From Candidatus Pacearchaeota archaeon (GTDB lineage: Archaea > Nanobdellota > Nanobdellia > Pacearchaeales > GW2011-AR1), in the NCBI GenBank assembly GCA_023144035.1, contig JAGLGM010000003.1, forward strand, positions 15,876 to 79,875: DNA of 64,000 bases. The letters run 5' to 3'. Within the stretch, counting starts at the first letter, position 1. Each line of letters opens with the position of its first letter. Shown one piece after another: positions 25,336 to 36,000 of this stretch. The translations under genes and the position numbers were made by a program. Under the pieces are notes generated by a model. That model was not told the origin of the DNA, made no database searches, and saw only the letters and a list, made by a program, of their open reading frames with translations.

Positions 25336-27033
25336 ATGAATAAGATGACAATAAAACACGGTGATCAAACCTATATGACTGATAATGATCTTACAATAAA
25401 GATTATGGGTCTTTGGCCAAGTTTTAATATATCTAATCCTGAGTTAAAAAAAGAATTTGAAAAGAAATTTGGAAGAGGATTTTTAGGAGGAGATGATTTG
25501 GTTTCTTATGCACAACCTCTTGTTTCGAGTGGAATGGATTTTGAAAAATTAGAAGAAACAATCTTTGGAGACATGTATAATGAAGAAGGAAAAAATTTTG
25601 AAGATATTTTATTTAATAAAACTGCAACAGGAATTGGAAGAGGACATTCTTTAGGAGGGTTATCTGGAGTTGTTCTAGGAGTTCATGGAACAAAAATGAT
25701 TGATTCTGGATTAACAGGATTATGTTCTTCAAGATCTTTAGTTACAAGTAGCAGAAGAAGGGAAACTGGAACAGCAGATATTGCAATCCCAGAAAGCTTA
25801 CAAAAACATCCAAAATTACTCAAAAAATATATGCAAATTTCTGAGGAAGTTTTCAACTTAGGAAAAGAATTTAAAGAAAAATTTGGAAAAATGGGAGGAG
25901 TTGAAACTTTCAATAAAGTTATTCCTTATAATAATCCTGCTGATTTATTTATTGTTTTACCCTTAGATACAATGGCTACCATTACTGCAGAAGTTAGAGA
26001 AGATGCTTTGAATCCAAATGGAACTTTTCTTCCTAGAGAAATACATGCATTATCTGCAATGTTTCCAGAAATAACAAAAGAAATTGGTCAAAGTACTATG
26101 TATAAACAAAGAATTGAAGTTCCAAGAGATAATTATATGCATTATAATGTTTTCAAAGACCCTGGTTTTCCGAACCATGCACTTGAACTTGGAACGGAAT
26201 TAGGTTTGGAAAATATTGATCCTCTTGTTGTAAATACTTTTTTTGACAACACTAAAGGATTTCGTGTTGCTGCAAATTATGCTTTAGAAGCAATTAAACA
26301 AGCACAAAAAAGTGATAATCCAAAAGAACTTCATGAAAAATCATTAGAAGCAATGTATGCTTTGAGAAAATTTGCTAATGAATACAATGAATCAGTAAGA
26401 ATTCAAATAGGAGACACTTTGTCTTGGAGAGTCTGGTCTGAACAAAAAAGACATTCAACCTTAAGACAAACTGTTGAATCTGTTTATTCTGGAGCTGAAA
26501 GAGCTTTAAAAGGAATTACTCCTCTTTGGCCAACTATTGAAGTAGCATATAATGAAAACGATTTTGAAAAATTAAATGGGGTATTGAGTGAATTAGAAAA
26601 AAATATTATTATTGATAATAGGCTAAAAAGAAAACCTGAAGTTATAATTCCTTATGCTTATCACACTGCAAAACAATTAATGCTTTATCAAGAATTTTTA
26701 GATGCAGGTATTCCTGCAAGGGATGCTTTATTTGCTGTTCCAAAAAATATTAGATTAAGAACTTCTGAGAATTATGATTTAACTAATTTAATTGATTTAG
26801 AATTTCCTTTAAGACTTTGTAATACTTGTGAACCTGAAAGAAAAGCTAGTTCTTGGAAAAAAAGAGAAATTATCGTTGAAGAACTTCCTGATTTAGAGCC
26901 TTTCTTAAAATCAAAATGTAATGTTGGTTTTTGTACTGAAGGAAAATATTGTAATCAAATTACAGATATGAGAGAGTATGATGAAGGATTACATAAGGCA
27001 ACTAAACAATATATGTTAGATAAAGCTAAATAA
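25336..27033 (+). CDS. Hypothetical 565-aa protein inside the dNTP-metabolism block; C-terminal Cys cluster
   Basis: ORF track; CNTCEPERK…CNVGFCTEGKYCNQ. Confidence 0.45.
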   Translation: MNKMTIKHGDQTYMTDNDLTIKIMGLWPSFNISNPELKKEFEKKFGRGFLGGDDLVSYAQPLVSSGMDFEKLEETIFGDMYNEEGKNFEDILFNKTATGIGRGHSLGGLSGVVLGVHGTKMIDSGLTGLCSSRSLVTSSRRRETGTADIAIPESLQKHPKLLKKYMQISEEVFNLGKEFKEKFGKMGGVETFNKVIPYNNPADLFIVLPLDTMATITAEVREDALNPNGTFLPREIHALSAMFPEITKEIGQSTMYKQRIEVPRDNYMHYNVFKDPGFPNHALELGTELGLENIDPLVVNTFFDNTKGFRVAANYALEAIKQAQKSDNPKELHEKSLEAMYALRKFANEYNESVRIQIGDTLSWRVWSEQKRHSTLRQTVESVYSGAERALKGITPLWPTIEVAYNENDFEKLNGVLSELEKNIIIDNRLKRKPEVIIPYAYHTAKQLMLYQEFLDAGIPARDALFAVPKNIRLRTSENYDLTNLIDLEFPLRLCNTCEPERKASSWKKREIIVEELPDLEPFLKSKCNVGFCTEGKYCNQITDMREYDEGLHKATKQYMLDKAK

Positions 27034-27058
27034 AAACGTTTATAAAAATTATTAATAA

Positions 27059-27994
27059 TTATAGCAACCTCACCAACCATTTCTTATCTAAATATTTTTT
27101 TGTTATAGTTTCTTTCAAATTTATTCCTGCACTCATATCAATTGAAGAAGGCATTAACAGATTTTTCTTATAATCTGGAGGAGAGATAGTTAGTTGCATT
27201 CCTTTTGCCCAATAAAATTTTCTAAATAAAAAACCTTCTGAATCTTTTGAGGTTGGATCTTCTTCAAGAATGTAAGATATTTCATCTTTTTCAAATAATT
27301 CTTTAAAACTAAATCCTATATTATTTAAAGATTTTAAAATAGATTTTTTAATAATTTTATTTACCTCTTCTTTGTTCTTATTTGAAAAAAGAGTAATTAA
27401 ATCAATATCTAAATAAGATTTTCCCATTATTTCTTTTGCTAAAAGTGGTTTCGGGCTTCCCCTTTTACAAGCAGATCCTGTTAAATAAATTTCATTACAC
27501 ATTGATTTAATTTGGTTGACAAATTCAAGAATGAACTTTTGATCTATCTCTGTTAAATATCCCTTAAAATACTTGTCAAAGCGTTTACTATCTGAAATTA
27601 AAGGAATTTCGTTAAAAGAAGTGTATGCATTTATTATATTACTAAGATTTAATGAATATGTTTTTTTTGAATCATCAAAAAAATAAAAAACTGCTTTAAA
27701 ATCTTCTTGAGAATGGGGTTGCAAAATTTTTGAACAATTTTCACAAGGAATAGCTCTTTTTACATTCTCTGGTTTTCCATTTGCCATAAGATGTATTTCT
27801 TTTATCTTAAAATCTTCTTTATCTTTTCTAGCTTTACTAACTGCTATATCTTCGGCATGCAAAATCCTCTCTTCTTTTTCAACATTATATCCTTCATATA
27901 ATTTATTTTCTTTTGTTATTAAGATACATCCAACTTTTCTACTTGTTAATGGAGCTTGTGCTTTTTTTATAAGTTTTATTAGTTGCTCGTGCAT
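27059..27994 (-). CDS. Fusion protein: N-terminal cytidine/deoxycytidylate-deaminase-fold domain plus C-terminal minimal nucleotidyltransferase (Pol-beta superfamily) domain
   Basis: HAEDIAV … PCENCSKIL (CDA zinc motifs); LTGSACKRGS…SYLDIDLI (GS-x-DxD NTase motif). Confidence 0.55.
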   Translation of the reverse strand: MHEQLIKLIKKAQAPLTSRKVGCILITKENKLYEGYNVEKEERILHAEDIAVSKARKDKEDFKIKEIHLMANGKPENVKRAIPCENCSKILQPHSQEDFKAVFYFFDDSKKTYSLNLSNIINAYTSFNEIPLISDSKRFDKYFKGYLTEIDQKFILEFVNQIKSMCNEIYLTGSACKRGSPKPLLAKEIMGKSYLDIDLITLFSNKNKEEVNKIIKKSILKSLNNIGFSFKELFEKDEISYILEEDPTSKDSEGFLFRKFYWAKGMQLTISPPDYKKNLLMPSSIDMSAGINLKETITKKYLDKKWLVRLL

Positions 27995-28099
27995 ATATGA
28001 TTGAGCTAAATTTTCTTTTTAAACAATTATGTTTTCAGAAACATATATTCATCTTTTCAAATAAAAACTTTTATAAATCACCTTATTCTACAGAAAACT

Positions 28100-28417
28100 A
28101 TGGAACATGTAAAAGAATTGACAAATGGTATGTTTGATGACTTTATTAAAGAGGGATTAGTATTAATCGACTTTTTTGCTGATTGGTGTATGCCTTGTTT
28201 AATGATGGTTCCAATATTAGAAGAAGTAGGAGAAAAACTTGGTGAAAAAGTTAAGATAGGTAAAGTTGATGTTGGAGAAAATCAAGATATTGCTAGCAAG
28301 TTTGGAGTTAGTTCTATTCCTAATTTTGTATTATTTAAAGATGGTGAAGTAATTGAACAATTTACAGGTTCAATATCTGCAGAAGAACTTGAAGAGAAAC
28401 TAAATAAACATCTCTAA
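28100..28417 (+). CDS. Thioredoxin
   Basis: WCMPC active site in a thioredoxin-fold-length protein. Confidence 0.75.
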   Translation: MEHVKELTNGMFDDFIKEGLVLIDFFADWCMPCLMMVPILEEVGEKLGEKVKIGKVDVGENQDIASKFGVSSIPNFVLFKDGEVIEQFTGSISAEELEEKLNKHL

Positions 28418-28427
28418 GTTAATTCTA

Positions 28428-29003
28428 TTAAAATACTTCTTTAAACACTTCGTTCATATATTTAATAGCCCAGTTTCTTAAAAATAATGCTCCTGGAAGA
28501 GAATCTATATTGTGGGAAGAATATGTAAAATATTTTGAATGTCCTTCAATTAGTGCTTTAAATTCTTCTGTTTTTTCTTCTGTGAATTTTATATAGGAGT
28601 TAGGAACAAGTGTTTCGCAATTGTAATCCTCTTTATTAAAATATAAACTTCCCCCTCCATCTCTGCTTATTGAAAATCCACTTACAAATCCATTTTCTTG
28701 AACCATAATATTATCTTCCCAACCTCTAAAAATTTGATATCCTGTCCTCTGAATTATTTTTGGCTTTTCTTTAAGAAATACTTCTTCAAACCATTCTTTT
28801 TTATCTTGATCTTTTTCTATTTTTACATATTCTTTTAGATCAGCATACCATTCTTCTGCTACTTGTGGGAAAATCTTTTTTGCAATTAAAGGATCTAAAT
28901 TTATACTTTCATCTAAAAGTTTTGAATGAATAGGTATTTGAAAACAAGATCCATATAAAATAGGCAATTCTTCTTTTTTTAGAAAGAGTTGTTCAAGTTT
29001 CAT
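28428..29003 (-). CDS. Hypothetical protein
   Basis: ORF track only. Confidence 0.4.
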   Translation of the reverse strand: MKLEQLFLKKEELPILYGSCFQIPIHSKLLDESINLDPLIAKKIFPQVAEEWYADLKEYVKIEKDQDKKEWFEEVFLKEKPKIIQRTGYQIFRGWEDNIMVQENGFVSGFSISRDGGGSLYFNKEDYNCETLVPNSYIKFTEEKTEEFKALIEGHSKYFTYSSHNIDSLPGALFLRNWAIKYMNEVFKEVF

Positions 29004-29171
29004 ATAAAAATCGTTATTTTTTAAGATTATAAAGATAATTATGCTGAAGAATAATTTTATAAAGCAAATTCCTCTAAATTAATCATGGCTCTGTAGCTTC
29101 CCAAGGGATGACTTACATTTTATGTAAGCCTCAGCCTCTAAGTTGCTTCGCACTCGCCATAAACAAAATAC

Positions 29172-29264
29172 GGCTCCGTAGCTCAGCCTGGCAGAGCACT
29201 GGACTTTTAGTTGGTAAAACAAGAAGTTATCCAGGTGTCGAGGGTTCAAATCCCCCCGGGGCCA
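29172..29264 (+). tRNA. tRNA-Lys (anticodon TTT at 29206-29208) with 19-nt intron (about 29210/11 to 29228/29)
   Basis: Acceptor ggctccg/cggggcc, discriminator A, D-arm gctc-agcctggca-gagc, anticodon stem ctgga/tccag, loop cTTTTag, T-arm gaggg-ttcaaat-ccccc (one A-C mismatch). Intron aagaagt pairs with actttt. Confidence 0.7.
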
Positions 29265-29319
29265 TTTTTCTAAACAAAAATCTATTAAAGGAATTTTCAC
29301 CCCAAGGGGTTTCCCAATA

Positions 29320-29391
29320 GGATGACTCTGGTGAGCCTTCCACAAAGGATGACTCTGGTGAGCCTTCCTCACAGGATGACTCTGGTGAGCC
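29320..29391. repeat. 27-nt tandem repeat, 2.7 copies (ggatgactctggtgagccttcc-caca-)
   Basis: ggat starts at 29320, 29347, 29374; copies differ only in the last about 6 nt. Confidence 0.7.
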
Positions 29392-29413
29392 TCAAATCCC
29401 CCCGGGGCCATTT
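29392..29413. repeat. 22-bp exact duplicate of the tRNA-Lys 3' end (tcaaatccccccggggccattt), att-like scar
   Basis: Identical to 29246-29267. Confidence 0.7.
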
Positions 29414-29528
29414 ATCAATTAATAAGGAATTAACAGAAAGATTTAAAAACTAAATTTAAGTATCTTTTATTATTATAAAGTTGTTAAATTGTTAGGTAAA
29501 ACTATGCAATTTCACTTAAAAATCCCTC

Positions 29529-29735
29529 ATGCACATCTTACAACCCAAACATTCTAAACTTAATGAAAAAGAAATTCAAGAATTGTTAACAGATTTAAAT
29601 CTTTCTAAAGCACAATTACCTAAAATTCTATTTACAGATGCTGGTTTACCAGAAGGATGTGAAATAGGAGATGTGCTTAAAATAGAAAGAAAAGAAGGAG
29701 ATAAAGTTAATATATACTTTAGAGTGGTTGTTTAA
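29529..29735 (+). CDS. rpoH: RNA polymerase subunit H (Rpb5 homolog)
   Basis: MHILQPKHSKLNEKEIQELLTDLNLSKAQLPKI…; directly precedes rpoB. Confidence 0.8.
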   Translation: MHILQPKHSKLNEKEIQELLTDLNLSKAQLPKILFTDAGLPEGCEIGDVLKIERKEGDKVNIYFRVVV

Positions 29736-32700
29736 ATGGTAAAAGACAGTCAACATTTAATTGTTAAAAAATACTTGAAAGGTCATTCTCTAGTTGAATC
29801 TAATATAAAATCATTTAATAATTTTATAGAAAAAAGAATACAAGAGATTGTTAATGAAATCTCTGAAGGAATAGAAAGTGATGATTTTGAAATTAATTTA
29901 GGAAAGATAAAAGTTGGTAGTCCAAAAGTTATTGAAGCTGATGGAAGTTCTTCATTAATTATGCCTTCTGAAGCAAGATTAAGAAATTTAACTTATTCTG
30001 CTCCTATTACATTAGAAATTACAGTTAGAAAAGATGATCAAGTTGATTCTGAAACTGTTGAAATTGGAAGAATACCTATAATGGTAAAGAGTAAAGTTTG
30101 TAATACTGCTGGAATGAGTCAAGAAGAATTAATTGCAAATTATAATGATGGTATGGACCCTGGAGGATATTTTATAATTAAAGGTAATGAAAGAGTTATG
30201 GTTATGGCAGAAGATCTTGCAGAAAACCAACCATTTGTAGAAACAAATAAAAAAGATATATTAATTTTAAAAATGTTTTCTTCAAAAGGAACATACAGAA
30301 TCCCTGTTAATTTAATTGAAAATAAAGAAGGTATTTTTGAATTATCATTTAGTAGATTTAGAGATTTGCCAGCAATTGTAATCTTAAAAGCTTTAGGTTT
30401 AACAAAAGAATCAGATATTGCAAAATATATTGGAAAGGAAACAGACAGTGTTATTGTTAACTTATATGAATTTGTTAATTTAGCAACTAGGGAAGATGCA
30501 ATTATGTATATTGCTGAAAAAACAAATCTTCAAGGTACAAAAAAAGAAATTTTAGATAGAGCAAAACAAAGAATTGATTCTTATCTTTTTCCACATATTG
30601 GAAATAAAAAAGAAGATAGGATGAAAAAAGCAGTAACTCTTTGTAAATTAATTAAACAGTTTTTAATTGCTAAAGAAAATCCTCAATTAAGAACAGATAA
30701 AGATCATTATGCTAATAAAAGAGTTAGACTTTCAGGTGATTTATTATCAACATTATTTAGAGTAAATTTAGGTATTTTAATTAGAGATATTCAATATTCG
30801 TTGCAAAAATCAGCAAAAAGAAAAAAATTCTTTTCAATTAAGGTTCTTGCTAAATCTACTTTATTTTCACATAGAGTTGAATCTGCAATTGCTACAGGAA
30901 GTTGGACTGGTGAAAGAAGTGGAATTACACAAAATATGGATAAGACAAATTATCTTGCGACAATTTCTCAACTACAAAGAGTTTCAAGTATGCTTCCAAG
31001 TGATCAAGAAAATTTTATGGCAAGAACATTACATCCAACTCATTATGGAAGATTCTGTCCAATAGAAACTCCAGAAGGAACAGAAATTGGATTAAGAAAA
31101 AATCTTGCATTATTAAGTCAAGTATCAACAAGAACTGATTTAAATGAAGATAAATTTTTAAAAGAATTAGAATCTTTAGGATTAAATAAAGAAGGTGTTA
31201 AAGGACGTGAAGTTTTCTTTAATGGAAGATTTGTTGGAAGTATTGAAAACCACAATGACTTTGTTCAAGAAATTAGGGAAAAAAGAAGAAATAATGAACT
31301 GCCTCTTCAAATGAGTATAAGAGATGATGAAAGTTTTCAAACTATTTCAATTTCAACAGAACCTGGAAGGGTTTTAAGACCATTAATAATTTTAGAAAAT
31401 GGAGCTCCAAGATTAAAAAATGAACATTTAATTCAATTAGAACAAAATGAAATACAATGGGAAGATTTAATTAAAAAAGGTATTATTGAATATCTTGATG
31501 CTGCCGAGGAAGAAAATACTTTAGTTGCATTATATGAAGAAGAATTAACTCCTAAACATACACATCTTGAAATAGACAATATTGCTTTATTTGGTGTTGT
31601 TACTGGATTAGTTCCATATGGAAATCATGATCAAAGTTCAAGATTAAATAGAGGAAGTAAAACACAAAAACAAGCTTTAGGTTTATATTCTGCTAATTAT
31701 TTGTGTAGAACTGATACAGATGTAAGTATTTTACAATATCCTCAAAAACCGATTGTAAGAAGTTTCATATATGATACATTAAATACTTATCCTGCTGGAC
31801 AAAATCTTACTGTTGCTATAATGACTTATGAAGGTTATAACATGGAAGATGCTTTAGTATTTAATAAAGGAAGTGTTGATAGAGGTGTTGGAAGAAGTTT
31901 TTATTATAGGCCTTATTCTGCAGTTGAAATGAATTATGCTGGTGGATTAAAAGATGAAATTGCAATTCCTGAAAAAGATGCTTCTGGTTATAAAATGGAA
32001 TCAAGTTATAGATTTTTAGAAAATGATGGTGTTATTTTCCCTGAAGCAGAAATAAAAGAAGGAGAAGTTTTAATTGGAAAAATGTCTCCTCCAAAATTCC
32101 TATCAGAAGCGAGAGAAATTTCAGTTAGAACAAAAAAAGAATCAAGTGTAACAATGAGACAAGAAGAAAAAGGAATTGTTGATGCTGTTTTTGTTACAGA
32201 AGATTCTGAAGGAAATAAAATTGTTCAAGTTAAAACAAGAGATCAAAGAGTTCCTGAATTAGGTGATAAATTTGCAACTTCTCACGGTCAAAAAGGTGTT
32301 ATAGGTATGATTATTCCTGAAAATGATATTCCTTTTACATCAAATGGTATTAAACCAGATGTTATGTTTAATCCTCATGGTCTTCCAAGCCGTATGACTG
32401 TCGGTTATTTATTAGAATTATTAGCGGGTAAAGTTGGTTGTCTAAAAGGTGAAGTTATAGACGGTACTTCTTTCTCAGGTACAAGTAAAAAAGAATTAGG
32501 AAAACAATTAGAACAATTAGGATTTAGATTTGATGGAAAAGAAACAATGTATAATGGTATTACTGGAAAAAAAATGGAAGCAAAAATATTTGTTGGAAAT
32601 TTATATTATCTTAAACTTAAATATATGGTTGGAAATAAAATTCACGGTAGAGCTTCTGGAAAAGTTGCATTATTAACTAGACAACCTATTGAAGGTAGAT

Positions 32701-32993
32701 CAAGAGGAGGAGCTTTAAGATTAGGTGAAATGGAACAGCAAGCTTTAGTTGCTCATGGTGCTTCTTTATTATTAAAAGAAAGATATGATTCTGATAAAGT
32801 TGTATTACCAATTTGTACAAAGTGTGGTTCAATCGGTATTGATGACAATATACGAAATAAAATTATTTGTCCTATGTGTGGAAGTGAAGAAATTGAGCCT
32901 GTTGAAGTTTCTTATGCTTTCAAATTATTATTAGAAGAATTACAAGGTTTACATATTCATAGTAAATTTGACTTAAAAAATAAATACGAATAG
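29736..32993 (+). CDS. rpoB: RNA polymerase subunit B (unsplit B''+B')
   Basis: Full-length beta-like subunit with C-terminal zinc motif CTKCGS…CPMCGS. Confidence 0.95.
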   Translation: MVKDSQHLIVKKYLKGHSLVESNIKSFNNFIEKRIQEIVNEISEGIESDDFEINLGKIKVGSPKVIEADGSSSLIMPSEARLRNLTYSAPITLEITVRKDDQVDSETVEIGRIPIMVKSKVCNTAGMSQEELIANYNDGMDPGGYFIIKGNERVMVMAEDLAENQPFVETNKKDILILKMFSSKGTYRIPVNLIENKEGIFELSFSRFRDLPAIVILKALGLTKESDIAKYIGKETDSVIVNLYEFVNLATREDAIMYIAEKTNLQGTKKEILDRAKQRIDSYLFPHIGNKKEDRMKKAVTLCKLIKQFLIAKENPQLRTDKDHYANKRVRLSGDLLSTLFRVNLGILIRDIQYSLQKSAKRKKFFSIKVLAKSTLFSHRVESAIATGSWTGERSGITQNMDKTNYLATISQLQRVSSMLPSDQENFMARTLHPTHYGRFCPIETPEGTEIGLRKNLALLSQVSTRTDLNEDKFLKELESLGLNKEGVKGREVFFNGRFVGSIENHNDFVQEIREKRRNNELPLQMSIRDDESFQTISISTEPGRVLRPLIILENGAPRLKNEHLIQLEQNEIQWEDLIKKGIIEYLDAAEEENTLVALYEEELTPKHTHLEIDNIALFGVVTGLVPYGNHDQSSRLNRGSKTQKQALGLYSANYLCRTDTDVSILQYPQKPIVRSFIYDTLNTYPAGQNLTVAIMTYEGYNMEDALVFNKGSVDRGVGRSFYYRPYSAVEMNYAGGLKDEIAIPEKDASGYKMESSYRFLENDGVIFPEAEIKEGEVLIGKMSPPKFLSEAREISVRTKKESSVTMRQEEKGIVDAVFVTEDSEGNKIVQVKTRDQRVPELGDKFATSHGQKGVIGMIIPENDIPFTSNGIKPDVMFNPHGLPSRMTVGYLLELLAGKVGCLKGEVIDGTSFSGTSKKELGKQLEQLGFRFDGKETMYNGITGKKMEAKIFVGNLYYLKLKYMVGNKIHGRASGKVALLTRQPIEGRSRGGALRLGEMEQQALVAHGASLLLKERYDSDKVVLPICTKCGSIGIDDNIRNKIICPMCGSEEIEPVEVSYAFKLLLEELQGLHIHSKFDLKNKYE

Positions 32994-32996
32994 CGA

Positions 32997-33037
32997 AGGA
33001 CACCTCGCGGTTTCCTACCGCACTACCTTCCCTTAAA
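32997..33037 (+). other. 41-nt conserved element in the rpoB-rpoA spacer; second copy inside the tRNA-Ser intron
   Basis: aggacacctcgcggtttcctaccgcactaccttcccttaa vs 61964-62004 aggacacctcaacggtttcctaccgcactaccttcccttaa (2 mismatches); relatively GC-rich. Confidence 0.5.
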
Positions 33038-33062
33038 AATAAAAAACCAAAAAACAAATAAA

Positions 33063-36000
33063 ATGGCAAAAGCAGTTAGAAAAAAAATAGGAGAAATTAA
33101 ATTTTCTTTAATTAGTCCTGACCAAATCAAAAAAATATCTTCTGCTAAAATTGTAACTCCTGAACTTTATGATATTGACGGTTATCCTGTTGATGGTGGT
33201 TTAATGGATTTAAGATTAGGTGCTATTGATCCTGGTGTAAGATGTAGAACTTGTGGGGGAAGATTAAAAGAATGTTTAGGACACCCAGGAAGTATTGATT
33301 TAGCTAGACCAGTTATTCACTTAAAATATATTCCTTTAATTGAAATGTGTTTAAGATGTTTTTGTCATGATTGTGGTAAATTAATGTTAGAAGATAAAAA
33401 TTTAGAAAAATTAGCTCCAAGTCAAAGAGCTAAAAAAGCAAAAGATTCTAAAAAATGTCCTCATTGTCAAGCAACTCAAACTAAAACTAAGTTAGATAAA
33501 CCTACAAATTTCTTTAAAGGAAAAACAAGAATATTTCCAACAGAAGTTAGAGAACTTTTAGTGAATATTTCTAATGACGAATTAAAAAAAATTGGAGTTG
33601 ATCCAGATAATTGTAGGCCTGAATGGGCTGTTTTAACTGCATTATTAGTTCCACCTGTAACAGTAAGACCAAGTATTATTTTAGAATCAGGTGAAAGAAG
33701 TGAAGATGATTTAACACATAAACTTTCAGATATTATTAGGGCTAATCAAAGACTATGGGAAAATTTAAATGCAGGTGCTCCTGAAGTTATTATTGAGGAT
33801 TTATGGGATTTGTTACAATTTCATATAACAACTTTCTTTGATAATACAACAACAAGAATTCCTCCTGCAAGACATAGAAGCGGTCAACCTTTAAAGACAA
33901 TTACAGAAAGAATAAAAGGTAAAGAAGGAAGAATTAGAAAAAATATTGCAGGTAAAAGAGTGAATTATTCTGGTAGAACTGTTATTTCTCCTGACCCTTA
34001 TATTAATATAAATGAAGTAGGAATTCCACATGAAATTGCAAGAATTGTTACTGTTTCTGAAATAGTTAATGATCTTAATCTTGAGAAATTAAAGGATTTA
34101 GTAAGGCAAGGAGAAACATATCCTGGTGCAAATTATGTTATACGTCCTGATGGAAAAAGAAAAAAAATAACAGAAGAATTAAGAGAAGAAATTATTAGTG
34201 AACTTTCTCCAGGTTATCAAGTTGAAAGGCATTTACAAAATGGAGATATTGTATTATTTAATAGACATCCAAGTCTTCACAGGGGAAGTCTTATGGCTCA
34301 CTATGTAAAAGTATTGCCTGGAAGAACATTTAGATTACATCCTGCTGCTGCTACTCCTTATAATGCTGATTTTGATGGTGATGAAATGAACATACACTCT
34401 CCACAAACAGAAGAAGCAAGAGCAGAAGCAAAAATACTTTTAGATGTTAAAAGAAATCTTATGTCTCCTAAAAATAATACAAATTTAGTTGGGTGTATTG
34501 GAGATGCTATTACTGGAAATTATTTATTAGGTTTTAATGAACTTTCTAAAGAAGATACAAATCAACTTTTATACAAATCAGGATTAGATTATTCTGTTTC
34601 AAAAAAAATGGTTTCTGGACTTGAAATCTTCTCGAAAATATTACCTAAAGTTAATTTTTCAAATGATTCTATAACAATTAAAGATGGAGAAATTACTAAA
34701 GGAGTTATAGATAAAACTACTTTTGGTGATGAAGATGGAGACTTAGTTAAAGAACTTGATAAAACTGTAGGTAGAACTGAAACTTTTGAAACTATTAAAC
34801 GAGCTTTTAATTTAGGTAAAAATTATCTTACTGATCATGGAATTACAACTTCTGTTGAAGATTTAGATTTAGATGAAAAAGTAATTGAAGCTGGTGAAGA
34901 AATAATTAAAAAAGCTGAGAAAAAAACAAATGAATTAATTTTATCTTATAATGAAGGAACTTTAGAAAGTATTCCTGGAAAAACAAAGGAAGAATCAAGA
35001 GAAATAAAAATCTTACAATCTTTAAATGAAGTAAGAACAAAAATTGGAGAAATTGTTAAACGAGAATTCCCTGCTTCAAATCCAGTTAACCATATGATTA
35101 AATCTGGAGGAGGAGGAAATATTCTTAATATTACTCAAATGGCTTCATGTGTTGGTCAACAAGCTTTAGGAAATCGTAGAGTTGATTTTGGTTATACAGG
35201 AAGAACACTTTCATTTTTCCAAAAAGGAGATTTATCTCCAAAATCAAGAGGTTTTATTAGAAATTCTTTTATTAAAGGTTTAAGGCCAGATGAATTCTTT
35301 TTCCAAGCAATTACAGGAAGAGATTCGCTTATGGATACTGGTTTGAGAACACCTAAATCAGGTTATTTATATAGAAGATTAGCAAATGCTTTACAAGATT
35401 TGAGAAAAGAATATGATGGAACAATTAGAGATAGTAATAATAATATTATTCAATTTAAATATGGAGATGATGGATTAGATGTTACCAAACTCCATATTAA
35501 AGGAGAATTAGATTCTGGAGAAGCAATAGGAATTGTTACTGCACAATCATTTGGAGAAGCTTCAACACAAATGGTTTTAAGAACATTCCATATGGCAGGT
35601 GTAGCAGAGATGCAAGTTACCCAAGGTTTACCAAGAATTATAGAAATTTTTGATGCAAGAAAAAAACCTTCTTCACCTAAAATGGAAGTTTATCTAAATA
35701 AAGAATTTAACAATGAAAAAAATGCAAAAATCTTTGCTGAAAAAATTAAAGAAGTTAAATTACAAGAAATTTCTTCTGAAATTATATTGGATTTTGGAAA
35801 TAAAAAAATTGAAATAAAAATTGATGATAAAGGATTAAAACAAACTCATGCTTCTATAAATAAAATTGTTGAAAGATTAAATGAAGCTGGATTTAAAGTT
35901 AAAGAAAAATCAAATTCAATAATTTTAAACGTTGCTGAATTTGAATTTAGAGAAATATATAAACTTAAAGAAAAATTAAAAGAAACTATAATTTCAGGCA

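Noticed and set aside
29320-29391. 27-nt tandem repeats as a possible CRISPR array
   Set aside because: Period is 27 nt with only about 6 variable bases and no repeat-spacer architecture; no cas genes nearby. It is a simple tandem repeat.
29079-29411. ORFs 29079..29411 (-) and 29108..29320 (+)
   Set aside because: Both read through the tRNA-Lys gene and the 27-nt tandem repeats (giving KAHQSHP x3); non-coding.
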